Part shown: in pieces, positions 38,738-53,195 of the stretch | Layout: the number at the start of each line of letters is the position of its first letter | How positions within the stretch are numbered: the first letter of the stretch is position 1 | DNA from: Octopus bimaculoides | Lineage: Eukaryota | DNA: 64,000 nucleotides | Assembly (NCBI RefSeq): GCF_001194135.2 | Contig: NC_069002.1 | Location: forward strand, 23,000,951 to 23,064,950 | Direction of reading: 5' to 3' | The notes under the pieces: generated by a model | The model's database searches: none | What the model was told of the DNA's origin: nothing | What the model saw: only the letters and a program-made list of their open reading frames with translations | Made by a program: the position numbers and the translations under genes

Positions 38738-39438
38738 NNNNNNNNNNNNNNNNNNNNNNNNNNNNNNNNNNNNNNNNNNNNNNNNNNNNNNNNNNNNNNN
38801 NNNNNNNNNNNNNNNNNNNNNNNNNNNNNNNNNNNNNNNNNNNNNNNNNNNNNNNNNNNNNNNNNNNNNNNNNNNNNNNNNNNNNNNNNNNNNNNNNNNN
38901 NNNNNNNNNNNNNNNNNNNNNNNNNNNNNNNNNNNNNNNNNNNNNNNNNNNNNNNNNNNNNNNNNNNNNNNNNNNNNNNNNNNNNNNNNNNNNNNNNNNN
39001 NNNNNNNNNNNNNNNNNNNNNNNNNNNNNNNNNNNNNNNNNNNNNNNNNNNNNNNNNNNNNNNNNNNNNNNNNNNNNNNNNNNNNNNNNNNNNNNNNNNN
39101 NNNNNNNNNNNNNNNNNNNNNNNNNNNNNNNNNNNNNNNNNNNNNNNNNNNNNNNNNNNNNNNNNNNNNNNNNNNNNNNNNNNNNNNNNNNNNNNNNNNN
39201 NNNNNNNNNNNNNNNNNNNNNNNNNNNNNNNNNNNNNNNNNNNNNNNNNNNNNNNNNNNNNNNNNNNNNNNNNNNNNNNNNNNNNNNNNNNNNNNNNNNN
39301 NNNNNNNNNNNNNNNNNNNNNNNNNNNNNNNNNNNNNNNNNNNNNNNNNNNNNNNNNNNNNNNNNNNNNNNNNNNNNNNNNNNNNNNNNNNNNNNNNNNN
39401 NNNNNNNNNNNNNNNNNNNNNNNNNNNNNNNNNNNNNN

Positions 39439-39485
<47 letters not shown>

Positions 39486-40514
39486 ATATATAAATGTCCA
39501 TGTATATATATATCTATATATATGTATAACAATATATAATGTATATATGCATATATATATATATGCATGTATATGTTTGTATGTATATATATGTGTGTGC
39601 TTATATGTATGTATATTTAGATATATATATGCATATATATATATATATATATATGTATATGTATATATAAAAGAGACCACTAAGTGGACTGCTAATGTGC
39701 TAGAAGAAGAAGATCAAATTTTTCTTTTTTTTCTTTGAGAACTTTTCGGTGATCTTCTTCTNNNNNNNNNNNNNNNNNNNNNNNNNNNNNNNNNNNNNNN
39801 NNNNNNNNNNNNNNNNNNNNNNNNNNNNNNNNNNNNNNNNNNNNNNNNNNNNNNNNNNNNNNNNNNNNNNNNNNNNNNNNNNNNNNNNNNNNNNNNNNNN
39901 NNNNNNNNNNNNNNNNNNNNNNNNNNNNNNNNNNNNNNNNNNNNNNNNNNNNNNNNNNNNNNNNNNNNNNNNNNNNNNNNNNNNNNNNNNNNNNNNNNNN
40001 NNNNNNNNNNNNNNNNNNNNNNNNNNNNNNNNNNNNNNNNNNNNNNNNNNNNNNNNNNNNNNNNNNNNNNNNNNNNNNNNNNNNNNNNNNNNNNNNNNNN
40101 NNNNNNNNNNNNNNNNNNNNNNNNNNNNNNNNNNNNNNNNNNNNNNNNNNNNNNNNNNNNNNNNNNNNNNNNNNNNNNNNNNNNNNNNNNNNNNNNNNNN
40201 NNNNNNNNNNNNNNNNNNNNNNNNNNNNNNNNNNNNNNNNNNNNNNNNNNNNNNNNNNNNNNNNNNNNNNNNNNNNNNNNNNNNNNNNNNNNNNNNNNNN
40301 NNNNNNNNNNNNNNNNNNNNNNNNNNNNNNNNNNNNNNNNNNNNNNNNNNNNNNNNNNNNNNNNNNNNNNNNNNNNNNNNNNNNNNNNNNNNNNNNNNNN
40401 NNNNNNNNNNNNNNNNNNNNNNNNNNNNNNNNNNNNNNNNNNNNNNNNNNNNNNNNNNNNNNNNNNNNNNNNNNNNNNNNNNNNNNNNNNNNNNNNNNNN
40501 NNNNNNNNNNNNNN

Positions 40515-40555
<41 letters not shown>

Positions 40556-40590
40556 GTATATATATCTGTATATACATACATATATATCTG

Positions 40591-41090
40591 TCATCCTCAT
40601 CATCATTCAATGGCCATTGTCCATGCTGGTATGGGTAGGACAGTTTGACCATGGCCTGCTAAGCTGGAAGGCTGCACCCGACTCCCGTCTGATTTGGCAT
40701 TTTTTCTGTGGCTGGATGTTCTTCCTAACATTCTGGGTGTGTAATGAGTGCTCTTATGTGCCACTGGCACAGGTGCTATTTGTGTGACACTGGTATCTGC
40801 CATATGGATTGGTCTTCTTCTCAAGCATGACATAATGCCAAAAGTTTCAGTCATTACCTCCATGAGGCCCAGCACTCGAAAGAATCTCAGACACCTTGAC
40901 TATGTGAGGTCCAATGCTTGAAAAGAACTTGGCCACTTTGCCTTCCTGAGCCCCAACACTTGAAAGGAAGTCAGCCACTTTTGCCTCCATGAGGTTCAAA
41001 GGTTCATGAAGATCATGCTTCACCACTCATCCTGTGTCTTCCTGGATCTACCCCTAACACAGGTTCCCTCCACAGTTAGAGATGGCATTT
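40591..41090 (-). mobile_element. RTE LINE 3' end with internal duplications and (GAT)n tail
   Basis: Minus strand LTVEGTCVRGRSRKTQDE..KHDL, then repeated ctccatgagg...cactcgaaag units and the shared ccatgctgg...tttgac tail. Confidence 0.8.
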
Positions 41091-41129
41091 ATTTATGCAG
41101 CTGTCCTTGTCTCCAAATATACACACACA

Positions 41130-41161
<32 letters not shown>

Positions 41162-41162
41162 C

Positions 41163-41247
<85 letters not shown>

Positions 41248-41479
41248 CATGCATACACATATTTAAAGTTTTCTTGATATAAATGTAGCGCATGATTTTG
41301 TTATGAATCACACCAGCAACAGATCTGCTCTTTTATACTGTATATTCATCCCAAAATAGATTCTCAACCTTGCATTTAATGACTCCAGCTTGGGACATCG
41401 AAAAAAAAAAAAATCATTACTTTGGCAATGATATTGAGACTGTATACATATAAGAATCCTTTGTTGCTGTTCACAAGTG

Positions 41480-41940
41480 ATCATTCATGGGTGACAACAC
41501 TGAGCTTTTTAAAATCTAATGTGACCACAAACAGCATCAGTAGAATCATCTGTGGGCCTTAGATTCTATTATCTTTTCTATCAACTGCAGGAAGTTCTTC
41601 TGAGCCATAAACTGCCGTCAGTTTTGTTCAGTGTGAGATGTTCACAATGAACAGAGTTGAAACAGATCATTGCTGAGTTTCAAGAACTTGAGGTGGTCTT
41701 TTTTGGCATCATGAAATCTCTGTGTTTTATCGTTTGTTTATTTGTGCTAGAGTTACTGAGAACTTACTCGTGATAAAGTCATTTCTTTTTAAACATGAAG
41801 TAACGAAAGCAGATAACAGGACCAGCCCATCACATGTGGTAATTGATGAGGTGAGCTTCCATGCTGAGATAGCCACCCTTATCCAGTGCTTCTTTATCGA
41901 GTGTGAGAGATTTCTAACTCTTGCTTCATATATGCTTTAC
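41480..41940 (-). mobile_element. Older RTE (BovB-like) LINE C-terminal fragment
   Basis: Minus strand EALDKGGYLSMEAHLINYHM*WAGPVI (~41812-41892) matches the RTE motif EVL.RA...SIEA.L....LRWAGHV. Confidence 0.65.
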
Positions 41941-42019
41941 AACTGCCCAGAATGAGTGTGTGTGTGGTGTAGACATAGTCATATGTTTGTATATGTATTT
42001 ATCTCTTTCCGTTAATCTT

Positions 42020-42057
<38 letters not shown>

Positions 42058-42198
42058 CTCTCTCTTTATTTTCTCTCCCAGTTTCTTTCTGTGTTTCTTT
42101 CTGTTGAAAAGCGTAGACTTGAAATTTTAAAGACTTTCTCACTTCCCGAGTGTTAAACTACACCACCTGTCTTCGACATTTGTTTTTTTGTGAATTCT

Positions 42199-42251
<53 letters not shown>

Positions 42252-42285
42252 TATATGTATATATGTAAATATCTACATATGCATA

Positions 42286-42320
<35 letters not shown>

Positions 42321-42898
42321 ATNNNNNNNNNNNNNNNNNNNNNNNNNNNNNNNNNNNNNNNNNNNNNNNNNNNNNNNNNNNNNNNNNNNNNNNNNNNNNN
42401 NNNNNNNNNNNNNNNNNNNNNNNNNNNNNNNNNNNNNNNNNNNNNNNNNNNNNNNNNNNNNNNNNNNNNNNNNNNNNNNNNNNNNNNNNNNNNNNNNNNN
42501 NNNNNNNNNNNNNNNNNNNNNNNNNNNNNNNNNNNNNNNNNNNNNNNNNNNNNNNNNNNNNNNNNNNNNNNNNNNNNNNNNNNNNNNNNNNNNNNNNNNN
42601 NNNNNNNNNNNNNNNNNNNNNNNNNNNNNNNNNNNNNNNNNNNNNNNNNNNNNNNNNNNNNNNNNNNNNNNNNNNNNNNNNNNNNNNNNNNNNNNNNNNN
42701 NNNNNNNNNNNNNNNNNNNNNNNNNNNNNNNNNNNNNNNNNNNNNNNNNNNNNNNNNNNNNNNNNNNNNNNNNNNNNNNNNNNNNNNNNNNNNNNNNNNN
42801 NNNNNNNNNNNNNNNNNNNNNNNNNNNNNNNNNNNNNNNNNNNNNNNNNNNNNNNNNNNNNNNNNNNNNNNNNNNNNNNNNNNNNNNNNNNNNNNNNN

Positions 42899-42964
<66 letters not shown>

Positions 42965-43079
42965 CATATATATATATATCTCTCTCTATATATAGACATG
43001 TGTCTGTGTATATACATATATAGTTGTATTAATGAAGTGAAACCAAGTAGTGTGCACTGCTCCTTAGCATAACATGAAA

Positions 43080-43124
<45 letters not shown>

Positions 43125-43147
43125 ACATACTATACATACATACATAA

Positions 43148-43168
43148 ACACACACACACACACACACA

Positions 43169-43195
<27 letters not shown>
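43148..43195. repeat. Perfect 48-bp (AC)12(GT)12 palindrome
   Basis: acacac...acac|gtgtgt...gtgt centred between 43171 and 43172. Confidence 0.95.
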
Positions 43196-43202
<7 letters not shown>

Positions 43203-43468
43203 TATATAAAGCTCCATCCACTTTAGTCTCTAATTTCACCACTCACTCCCAGCAGTGACCATCCCCCCATCAGCATTACTCACTTTCTCTCTGTTATTTC
43301 ATTAGTTCCTACTGTTGTCTGATAATGGAACTCAGCTCAGAATTCACATGACTTCACGGGCAACTCTATTTATATATACTTACACAGAATCTATTATGTG
43401 TGAATACACAGACACACACACACACACACTGTTACACACACATACACTTACATATATATGTTTATGTA

Positions 43469-43508
<40 letters not shown>

Positions 43509-43703
43509 CATGTGTATGTACACATACGTATATTTACATGCATATACATATATATATATCAGAATATTTGTATACGCGCATATATATAATGTTTCTGTGT
43601 GTTTGCAGATACATATATGTATATGTGTATATGTATGTGTATATCTCAATGTATGTACGTATGAGTGTGTGTATATATATGTATAAACATACACATGCAT
43701 ATG

Positions 43704-43750
<47 letters not shown>

Positions 43751-44340
43751 GGAGGGAGAGGGAGATATACACACACATATACATCTCACACTATATATGT
43801 ATAGAGATAGAGAGATGGTGCTAGACATGCACACGCATACAGTTCCATTGAAAGTTTCACATACACGCATGTCTGCATACAACACCCCGCCCACTCACAA
43901 ATATCAAAAGAATACATATATACACACACACACACATATATATATAAATATATGTATGTATGTATGTATGTATATAATTGGCCATATGTCTTCGTATACA
44001 TATATTCATGCTGTTCCGTATCAACATTTTATCTGTCCACGCAGGCATGNNNNNNNNNNNNNNNNNNNNNNNNNNNNNNNNNNNNNNNNNNNNNNNNNNN
44101 NNNNNNNNNNNNNNNNNNNNNNNNNNNNNNNNNNNNNNNNNNNNNNNNNNNNNNNNNNNNNNNNNNNNNNNNNNNNNNNNNNNNNNNNNNNNNNNNNNNN
44201 NNNNNNNNNNNNNNNNNNNNNNNNNNNNNNNNNNNNNNNNNNNNNNNNNNNNNNNNNNNNNNNNNNNNNNNNNNNNNNNNNNNNNNNNNNNNNNNNNNNN
44301 NNNNNNNNNNNNNNNNNNNNNNNNNNNNNNNNNNNNNNNN

Positions 44341-44388
<48 letters not shown>

Positions 44389-44429
44389 GTATATATATAT
44401 ATGTATGTGTGTGTGTGTGTGTGTGTGTG

Positions 44430-44690
44430 AGGGTATGTGGCTTACTGATTAGGGTGTTGCACTTATGACCACTAGGTCGTGGGTTCAATTCACAGACTGG
44501 GCAGCATGTTGTGTTCTTGAGCAAAACACTTACATGTTGCTCCAGTCCCCCTTTTGATCAAGTTGGGAGGAGTGTTGGCCTGCTTACCTAGCCAGCAGGG
44601 TGGGGGTATCATTTGAAGACTAAGAGATTGCAAAGTGCATTGTGACCAGTGATGTGTAACGACATCTGATAGTCTGGTCAGTAACATGAT
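44430..44690 (+). mobile_element. tRNA-type SINE (family 3-like)
   Basis: gtggcttactgattagggtgttg...gtgggttcaattc (B-box-like)...gttgtgttcttgagcaaaacactt...tgttgctccagtcc. Confidence 0.7.
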
Positions 44691-45187
44691 ATAAGATACA
44701 TATATATATTATCTACACATATATACATATATAGAGGAAACATATATATACACAGACACACACACACACACATATTTATATACATTCACAAACATATATC
44801 TATATATATACACACACACTCACATACACTACATGTATCACTATGTATGTGTGTGTATTTACATGTATATATGTGTATATATATTTTCATGTGTGAGTGT
44901 CTGTGTATAGACACACACACACACACTCTTTTAGATATGCGCATACATGCACATATATGTAAAGTGTTTTTTTTCCTTAGTTTCCATTCCGTTTTCATTC
45001 CCCTCCTTCCTTCTCCCCCCACACCACGATATCAGTGTCACTCTGCAAACGTATTTTCCCTGTTAGTGTTAAGCGAAACAAATAAAAAAAAAAACAGTTA
45101 CCAAAGATATAAAAATGCAAAAAGAAAAAGCCACAAAACACCCAGAAAGAAAAAGAAAAAAAATGGTAAGAAAATCAATGGAGCGCA

Positions 45188-45265
45188 TACTGAGTCAGAA
45201 ATTGTGATTGGTTGTCGATTGGTTAGAGAAATTGTAACATGTGGTTTCTACAAAGAACCAATCAT
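45188..45265. promoter_or_regulatory. Possible cis-regulatory cluster (AP-1 plus three CCAAT boxes)
   Basis: TGAGTCA at 45191-45197; GATTGG at 45206 and 45217; CCAAT at 45258, in non-repetitive sequence. Motif evidence only. Confidence 0.2.
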
Positions 45266-45549
45266 TTCACAAGACGTACACTTTGAATTTCTTGGAACAG
45301 GCATTGCAACTTTACTACTGCAATGGCATTCATTGTCTGCTTTTTGTGTGTGTGTTTTTTTTTCCATTTTGATTTTGGAGCTTTTTATTCTGAACTTTCT
45401 TTCATGTGTTAAACCATTTTTTTTCTTTTATATTTGGTATCTTATTACTCTCAGCAGCGGTCATTTATGTATGCATGTATGTATATACATATGCACTTAC
45501 ACATGTATATAGGTATAAGAGTGTGTGTGTATTTGTCATGAATCTTAAA

Positions 45550-45600
<51 letters not shown>

Positions 45601-45667
45601 NNNNNNNNNNACATGTATATGTGTGTATATACACACACATATATATATCTATCTATCTATGTATATA

Positions 45668-45731
<64 letters not shown>

Positions 45732-46689
45732 TGTATGTATGTATGTATGTACAGTTGTCGATAAATTTCATTTGTAACTTCTAGTTGCACCAAAGCTCAT
45801 TAATATAATTATTATTAATTTATAAAAACACATCTTGCTGAAAGTAATTGAAAGGATTTCTTAAACTTTAGCAAAACCATGACTTTTTAATGACAGGATA
45901 TAATTAATTAATGGAATAATAATAATAATAATAATCTCAAATTTTGGCAGAAGGTCAGCAATTTTTTTTTTTTTTAGTGGGGTGTAAGTTGATTACATTG
46001 ACCCCAAGAGGATGATTATTATAGCCTGTGCTCAGGTGCACTGCAACTCTTTGGTGTTGATCCATGAATGTAACAGATACGAAGGTACATATTGTGCGAA
46101 GGCCCTGAGGGTAATCAAGAATAGAACGAACTTTAAACTTGCCATTAATGGATGTAACTTAAGTGCAATAAGGCATTTAACCATTTTCAATTTTGTTACT
46201 TTAGCAACCCCACCACATTTAGATCATAAAAAAACCAAAAAAAACGTGTATATAAGAAATTTTTAAAATGAATAAAATAAAGATATTTTTAAAATGTTTA
46301 AATTGGAAAAAAAACACCATCCAAGCTGTGTATGAAATGAAAGAATTCTAACCAAAAGGAAGAATATAATTGTATAATAACTGTTTTACTTGAGTTATTA
46401 TTGTTTAGGTCCCCAGGACTGTTCTGATCATATAAAACCTATGAGCACAGTCATTCCGTCTGTGACCATCCAGACTTTTGGAGTATATACAACTATAAAA
46501 TGTGTCGCTTTTTTAAAGACTGTAGGCTGTGATTTGAGGGATACTTAGCAGTTATTTCTAGCTGGGTCACTGACTGTATTCAGACTTCTTTTTTTGTTTC
46601 TATTTTATGTCAGTTATATATTTCTATTTGACACAGCATTCCTGTTTTTTTTGGTGGAGGTGAGGACATTTAAGCATTGACAGTAAAAT

Positions 46690-47835
46690 GATTGAAGAAT
46701 TTGGAGTGAAAAGAGAAACTCCTTAGATTCATTGTTAGTAAATTGGCTGGAAGAATTTAGAGTGGAAACGAGGACCATTGCTGCTTTTTTAATGAGGTTG
46801 TCAGAAGTGAAAGTGAAAATAAGGATCTTAGATTAACTGTCAACAAAGGGTTAGGAAGGACTTGCAGTAGAAAGAGAAACCCATAGACTTATTGTCAAGA
46901 AAGGGTTAAAGAGACTTGGAGTGAAAATAGGGGCCTTTGGAGCCAAAATGGACACCTAGATTTTTTTATTGGTCAGGAAACTAGTTATAAAAACTTGGGA
47001 TTAAAAGAAAGACTGCACTGTCATTGGAAAAGAAGTTGGAGAATAAACTGAGACACTTGATGCATATCAGTGCGGTAGTTAGAAATTTGGGGTAAAAACA
47101 GGGAGCCAAAAGTTATTGACAGTATAATAGAAAAATTTGGAGTGAAAATGAAGGCCTACTTTTAATGTAAGGAAATTAGTTAGAAGAACTTGGAGTGAAT
47201 AGAGACCCTTACACTCTTTAGCAGTAAAGTAAAAGAATTTGGATTGAAAATGGAAACTCCTACTTCTTTTGTCAGGGAACTGATTTGAAAAAATCAGGGT
47301 TAAAAGACAGACATATAGAGTCATTAGATGTGAAGTAGAAGAACCATGGTTGGTGTGAAAACAGAGCGCCCTGGATTTCTTATTGATGAAGGCTTTAGAA
47401 GAAATTTAGTGTAAAGAAGGACCCTTAAACTCATTGGCAACAAAGTAGAGGAATTTGGAGAATTTGGAGTGACAATAAGGACTCCTAGGTATTTTGTCTA
47501 GAAACTAGTTAGAAGAACTTGGAGTTAAAAGCAGAACCCCTAAGGTGAAGTAAGAACTGAGAGTGAGAACAGGGATCCTTGATTGGTAGCAAACTAGTTA
47601 GAAAAACTTGGGGGTTAAAAGAAACCTTTGTGGTCATTAGCAGTGAAATAATTATGACTTGGTATGAAATCAAGAACTGTGGATGCATAATCAGTGAGGT
47701 TTTAAGAACTTGGAGTCCAAATATTAACTCTTCTACATGTTAGCAGCAAAGGAGTCAGAAGTTGGTGTGAAAACAGTGACCACTGTGTTATTGTTAGTAA
47801 AGTATTTAGAAGGATTTACAGTGAAAAGAGGGCCT
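46690..47835. repeat. Ancient degenerate purine-rich minisatellite, ~54-bp period, ~20 units
   Basis: Motif gaagaa(t/c)ttggagtgaaaa recurs at about 46694, 46749, 46804, 46857, 46911 and onward to about 47820. Confidence 0.75.
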
Positions 47836-48778
47836 TCTTGATTTAATTTGTTCAGAATGAGTATTTACAAGGGCCCCTCTTCAATGAAGTAGTATCCCAA
47901 TGATAAAGAACCATAAATTTATAGTGAAAAGGGTATAGAAAGTTGTCTCATTGACTATAAATGCCTGTTGTTTATTTTTTTTTACCCCTGAAAGATGAAA
48001 TACAAAGTTGGTTCTAGTACGATTTGAACTTGGATCATGAAGTGACAAAAGTTTAAAGGCAAAAAAAAAAAAAAATTAAACAAAAAAATAAAACTATTTC
48101 CGTGACGAACGGTCTTGTCAGAAAATTAAGAAACTTGTGCGATGCTGATAAGTGGAGAAGCGTGGCAAATAGGATGATGACAAACGTTAATAATAACCAT
48201 TTTGATAGTAATAATAGTAATAATAATAGTGATAGTGGTAATGACCTTGAAGTTAGCTGGAAACATTACAGAAGAGATTTACTCACACCAGGAACAAGAA
48301 AACAAAAAAAATAACAAAGAAAAGAAAAGTAAATGTGAAAAATACTTACTTTTAGAATTAGTTGTCACACTGTGTATATATTTATATATGTGTATATAGA
48401 TATACATATACATATATATACATATATATGTGCGTGTATTGTTATATGTGCGCGAACATGTATATATATATATGTGAACACACATATATATACATGTATG
48501 TATGTATATGTATGTATGTGTATAAGTGTGTTTATGTATGTGTTTATATTTCAAACAGGTGAGAAGTCTTGTTGATTTTTTTTCTTTCCAAAAATGAAAC
48601 AAACAACCCAATAAAAAGTAAAATAAAGGTGAATGAAGAAAATTGTTGATTTGTGGAAGGTCTTATATATATATATATATCCAGTTTTTGACGAGCAGAG
48701 GAACTGGTTCTGGTTGTAGTACTCTTCGTCTTGTGGTTACCGTTGTGATGTTTATCTTGGTAGCAGCAGAAGACCTGC

Positions 48779-48824
<46 letters not shown>

Positions 48825-49103
48825 TTAGTAGTAGTAGTTGTAGTAGTAGTTGTAGTAGCAGCAGCAATTGCAGCAGCAGCAGCAGTAGTAAAACTAGTAG
48901 TTGTAGTAGTATTTGTAGTTGTAGTAGTAGTAGTAGTAGTACTACTACTAGTAGTAGTGGTGGTGGTAGTAGTAGTGGCAGAAATTGATTAAATTTTTGT
49001 TGGACTTCAATTTTTTTTATTCTTCTTCTTTGTGCTATTAAAAGTTGAATGTCGAAGCATCTTCGATCAGTAATTCTGTTACCCTCCCTCCCCCCTCTCT
49101 CCC

Positions 49104-49152
<49 letters not shown>

Positions 49153-49174
49153 ATATATATATATATATCGCACT

Positions 49175-49470
49175 TTGTCAGTTACACTGATGAGGGTTCC
49201 AGCTGATCCAGTCAACAGAACAGCCTGCTTGTGAAATTTACGGACAAGTGGCTAAGTACTCCACAGACATGTGTTCCCTTAACATAGTTCTCAGGGAGAT
49301 TCAGTGACACAGAGTGTGACAAGGCTGTCCCTTTGAAATACAGGTACAACTCATTTTTGACAGGTGAGTGGACTGGAGCGATATGAAATGAAGTGTCTTG
49401 CTCAAGGACATGACATGCTGCCTGCAATTGAACTCACAACCTTACAACCATGAGCTGAATATCCTAACCT
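49175..49470 (-). mobile_element. tRNA-type SINE (family 3)
   Basis: Minus strand catgtccttgagcaagacacttcatttc...ctccagtccactc...gtacctgtatttcaaagggacagcc...gaggaactatgttaaggg-like...gttgactggatcagctggaaccctc. Confidence 0.8.
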
Positions 49471-49669
49471 TAAGGCTATGGGCATTCACTATATCTATCT
49501 ATCTGTCCGTCTGTCTGTCTGTCTGTCTGTCTATCTGTCTATCTGTCTGTTTGTCTGTCTGTCTGTCTATCTGTCTATCTCTCTATCTGTCTGTCTATCT
49601 GTCTGTTTGTCTGTCTGTCTCTATTTATCTATCTATTTGTCTCTCTCCCTCTCTATCTCTCTCTTTCTT

Positions 49670-49745
<76 letters not shown>

Positions 49746-50747
49746 GATGTAATATTAAGAAGAGACAATATAATTGACACAAATTTATAAAGTTTTTTCT
49801 TTATCGCTGTTGTTCTTTAGAAATTTCTGTTTGTGACTGTCACCCCATCCCAGACAACATGGTTCTACAGAATCCTTTTCTTATTCTTCGTTTACACTTC
49901 ACTTCTCAAAGATTCTCTCTGTCTTTCTTCTCTATTTTTGTTCTTTTTAATCCCCTTTTCTACCTCACAGCAGCTAACTTTGCTGAACTTTCAGTAAATA
50001 TCTCCATCCCAACTTCTCTTTTGTGTATATCTACCCCACTGTGTGTGTGTGTTTGTTCTTTGGCTACCAGGTAGAAAGACAGGTAGCCCAGTGAACACTC
50101 TTAGTCATTCTCAATTAAGTAGATTTATATCTAATGACAGGTGCTCCATTAGTGACCATCTCATCTAATTTTTCCATATCTAAAGTTACTTTCCAACGTT
50201 TTCGTTTTTTAAGACAGTGAGGTGAAATTTCAAATATATTTGGCTATTATTTCTAGCAAACTGATTGACTGCTTAGTGGCTCTTTGGAAGTTAACCAATA
50301 TATACACGTACATATGCATCTGTGCATGCACATATGCACATGCACACACTTATATGTAATTGTATACCTGTACATACATAAATGTGTATGTATACCAATA
50401 ATGTAATGTGTTTATAGCTTTATATATGTGTGTGTGTTTGTGCATATATAAGGTGATGGTAGGATAAAGTGTGTGTGTGTGTTATTGCTTTCTTATTTTC
50501 TTTGCATTTGGTTTGTGGATGAAAAAACCAGCAGGGTGTGTAGTAGCATTCATTTATTTCCAGATTGAAATTTTACCAGTTGACCTGCACATGTCATTAA
50601 CATGCTTGCATATAATCGTAGAGTCACTTGTTTGTGCGTGCACATATTTACTCAAGTATGTATGTGTTTGTACATGCACACGCACACGTGGATGTGTGTG
50701 TATATGTACTGCTGATCTACGCGTGTGTCTCTTTACTTTATACTGTA

Positions 50748-50785
<38 letters not shown>

Positions 50786-52629
50786 TACTGATCTATGTGT
50801 GTGCCTCTCTACTTTATACAGGGGTCCAAGTGTGTGTGTGTGCATGCGCGCAGCTATGTGCAGTTTCCACTGTTGCATTCATCTGCTGCTACCTGGCACT
50901 AGCAGTTTTGTCTTGTAATAAATTTCTCTTGCAAAGAAAGATTCCCTCATAAGAATCTAATGGATTCGGTTGTTGGCGGCAACAGTGGAAGCGGAGATCA
51001 TTGGAGACCGGTTGATGTGGCACTTGTTGCTGCTGTCGATGCTGCTGCTGCTGTTGTCATTGTTGGCATTGCTGCTGCTTTTGTTGTTGGTGCTGTTGTC
51101 ATTGTTGTTGTTGTTGCTGCTGCTGCTGTTTGTTTTTGGTGCTTTGCTTGATGGTGCTGCTGTTGTTATTGTTGGCGTTGCTGCTGCCGTTGTTGTTGGT
51201 GCTGTTGTTGTTGTTGTTGTTGTTACAGTGTAATAGCAGTACATTCTGTAGTAATATTTAAGTGTTTCATTAATGGTGGTGGTCGTGGTGGTGTTGGCTG
51301 TAGTGACAGTGGTAGTGCTGTTGCTCTGTGTTGTTGATGATGGTAGCACCAGTTGTTTACGATTGGTTTTGATAGTGGTGGTTATGGTGGTGATGATGAT
51401 GACGATGGTGGTGGCGGCAGTTGTGGGCAGTAATGGTAGTGATGGTGGTGGTGATGGTGGTGATGATGATGATGGTGGTGGTTATGGGCGGTAATGGTGG
51501 TAGTGGTGGTGGTGGTGATTGTGGGCGGTAATGTTGGTGGTGGTGGTTGTGGATTGTGATGGTGGTGGTGGTGGATTTGTGTTTAGTTCCTAATGACAGT
51601 GGTGGTCATACAATGACAGTGGTTGTTGTTGTTGTCATTGCTATTTTGCTTTTGTCTTCATATTATTGAAGTCTGTGGTGGTGGGCATTGATGGCGTAAA
51701 GGAACAGTGAGGGATAATTTCAGTGCGGGGGAGGTATTGAAGTGGTAGGGCTGGTGGGAGTCATAAGCATCTCAAAATGCTGGGTGTTGTTGTTGTTTTT
51801 TAGCCCCAGGTCAGCCTTGATCAAGTCAACCTTATAATTAAAGTGATTCCAACCCTCAGCATTCCCAGGATTTACATAAAAATCTCCCTCATCTTATATG
51901 TCCTTCTTTTTTAAGCATAACATATTGAGATTTGACTGCTATTTCCAGCAGCTCCAGTGACTCTATAGAGGTACCTCACTGGCTGGTGGTGGTGCAGGTG
52001 GTAGTGATAGTGTTTGTTGTGTTGGTGGTGGTGGGGTTGTAACAGTAGTAGTAGTAGTATTGGTGGTGGTGGTAGTAGTAAAAGTAGTAGTACTATTGTG
52101 GTGATAGTGCTAGTAGTAGTAGTAACGGTGGTGGTGGTGGTAGTGGTCATTGATGTTGAGCCCCAGGTCAGACCTATAGTGGAACACATTCCATCCTTGA
52201 TCTTCCTCTCTCTTATTCTTTTATTCTGTCATAGTGTATCTAGGAATACATTATCCAGTGTGTTCCTTTAGAAATACTGTAGTGTATGTGTGTTTGTGTG
52301 TGTGTGTGTGTGTGATTTAAAGAAGATTTGACTGCATTTTCTAGCAGATCGGATGACCTTGTAGAGACTTCATCATGAAGTGGTAGCTGTTAGGAAATTG
52401 TTGTATAGGTAGTAGTTGCGTTGTAGTGTTAGCGTTTGAGGTTAAGGTAGTAGTGTTGATGTTGGTCTTGGGGGTGGCAAAGTTAGTGATGGTTGTAGGA
52501 TCAAATCCCTCAGAGGTTCAACACTGCCCTACGGTACCAGGGTACCTTTTGCAGAGTGCCCCCCCTCTGTCCCAAGCATTCAGTTTAGATCTCCAGTTTG
52601 AGGAGTATACCTTCCACCCTTATACCTCA

Positions 52630-53012
52630 TCATTCCTCCTCATCCCTTTCCCACTCCCCCATCCATCTCCCAACCTAATCCATCCTTCCTCACCTTCCCC
52701 ACCCCTCCTCCACCTTCCCCACCCTCCTCCGCCTTCCCCACCCCTTCTCCACCTTCCCCATCCATCCCCATCACCTATCCCTTCGCCCTCCCTCACTCAC
52801 CTTCTACCTTCATCTCCCCTACCCCTTCTCCATCCCCCTCATCCATTCCCCATTCACACCCCTTGTTCCCTATCCTTTCCCCACCTTCCTCCACCTTCCC
52901 ACATTCCTATCCCTCCACTATCCCTTCCCCATCCCTTCTCCATCCACAAATCCCCCATCCTCATCACTCCCCATCTTTTTGCCCTACACTCCATCCTTTC
53001 CCCCTCTCCCCG
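52630..53012. repeat. C-rich polypyrimidine low-complexity tract (G-rich on minus strand)
   Basis: Repeats of caccttcccc/atcccc; G-quadruplex or i-motif potential by composition only. Confidence 0.8.
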
Positions 53013-53164
53013 ATAGTCTCAGAGACCCTACTAAGGGCCGTGGGTAATACAATACTTTCTCTCCTGACTAAAATATATAAAAGTAATTACAGGTGTTTAT
53101 TGAGAGGAGTATTTAATTTCCTTTATTGCGTATATAAAAAAAGGAAGCCCCTGTAAGACTTGCA

Positions 53165-53195
<31 letters not shown>

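Noticed and set aside
50950-51350. Poly-Q/T/N-like or transmembrane-like ORFs in the CAG/CAA-rich tract, including a ~54-bp internal duplication
   Set aside because: The Q frame has internal stops, and the composition is explained by trinucleotide repeats.
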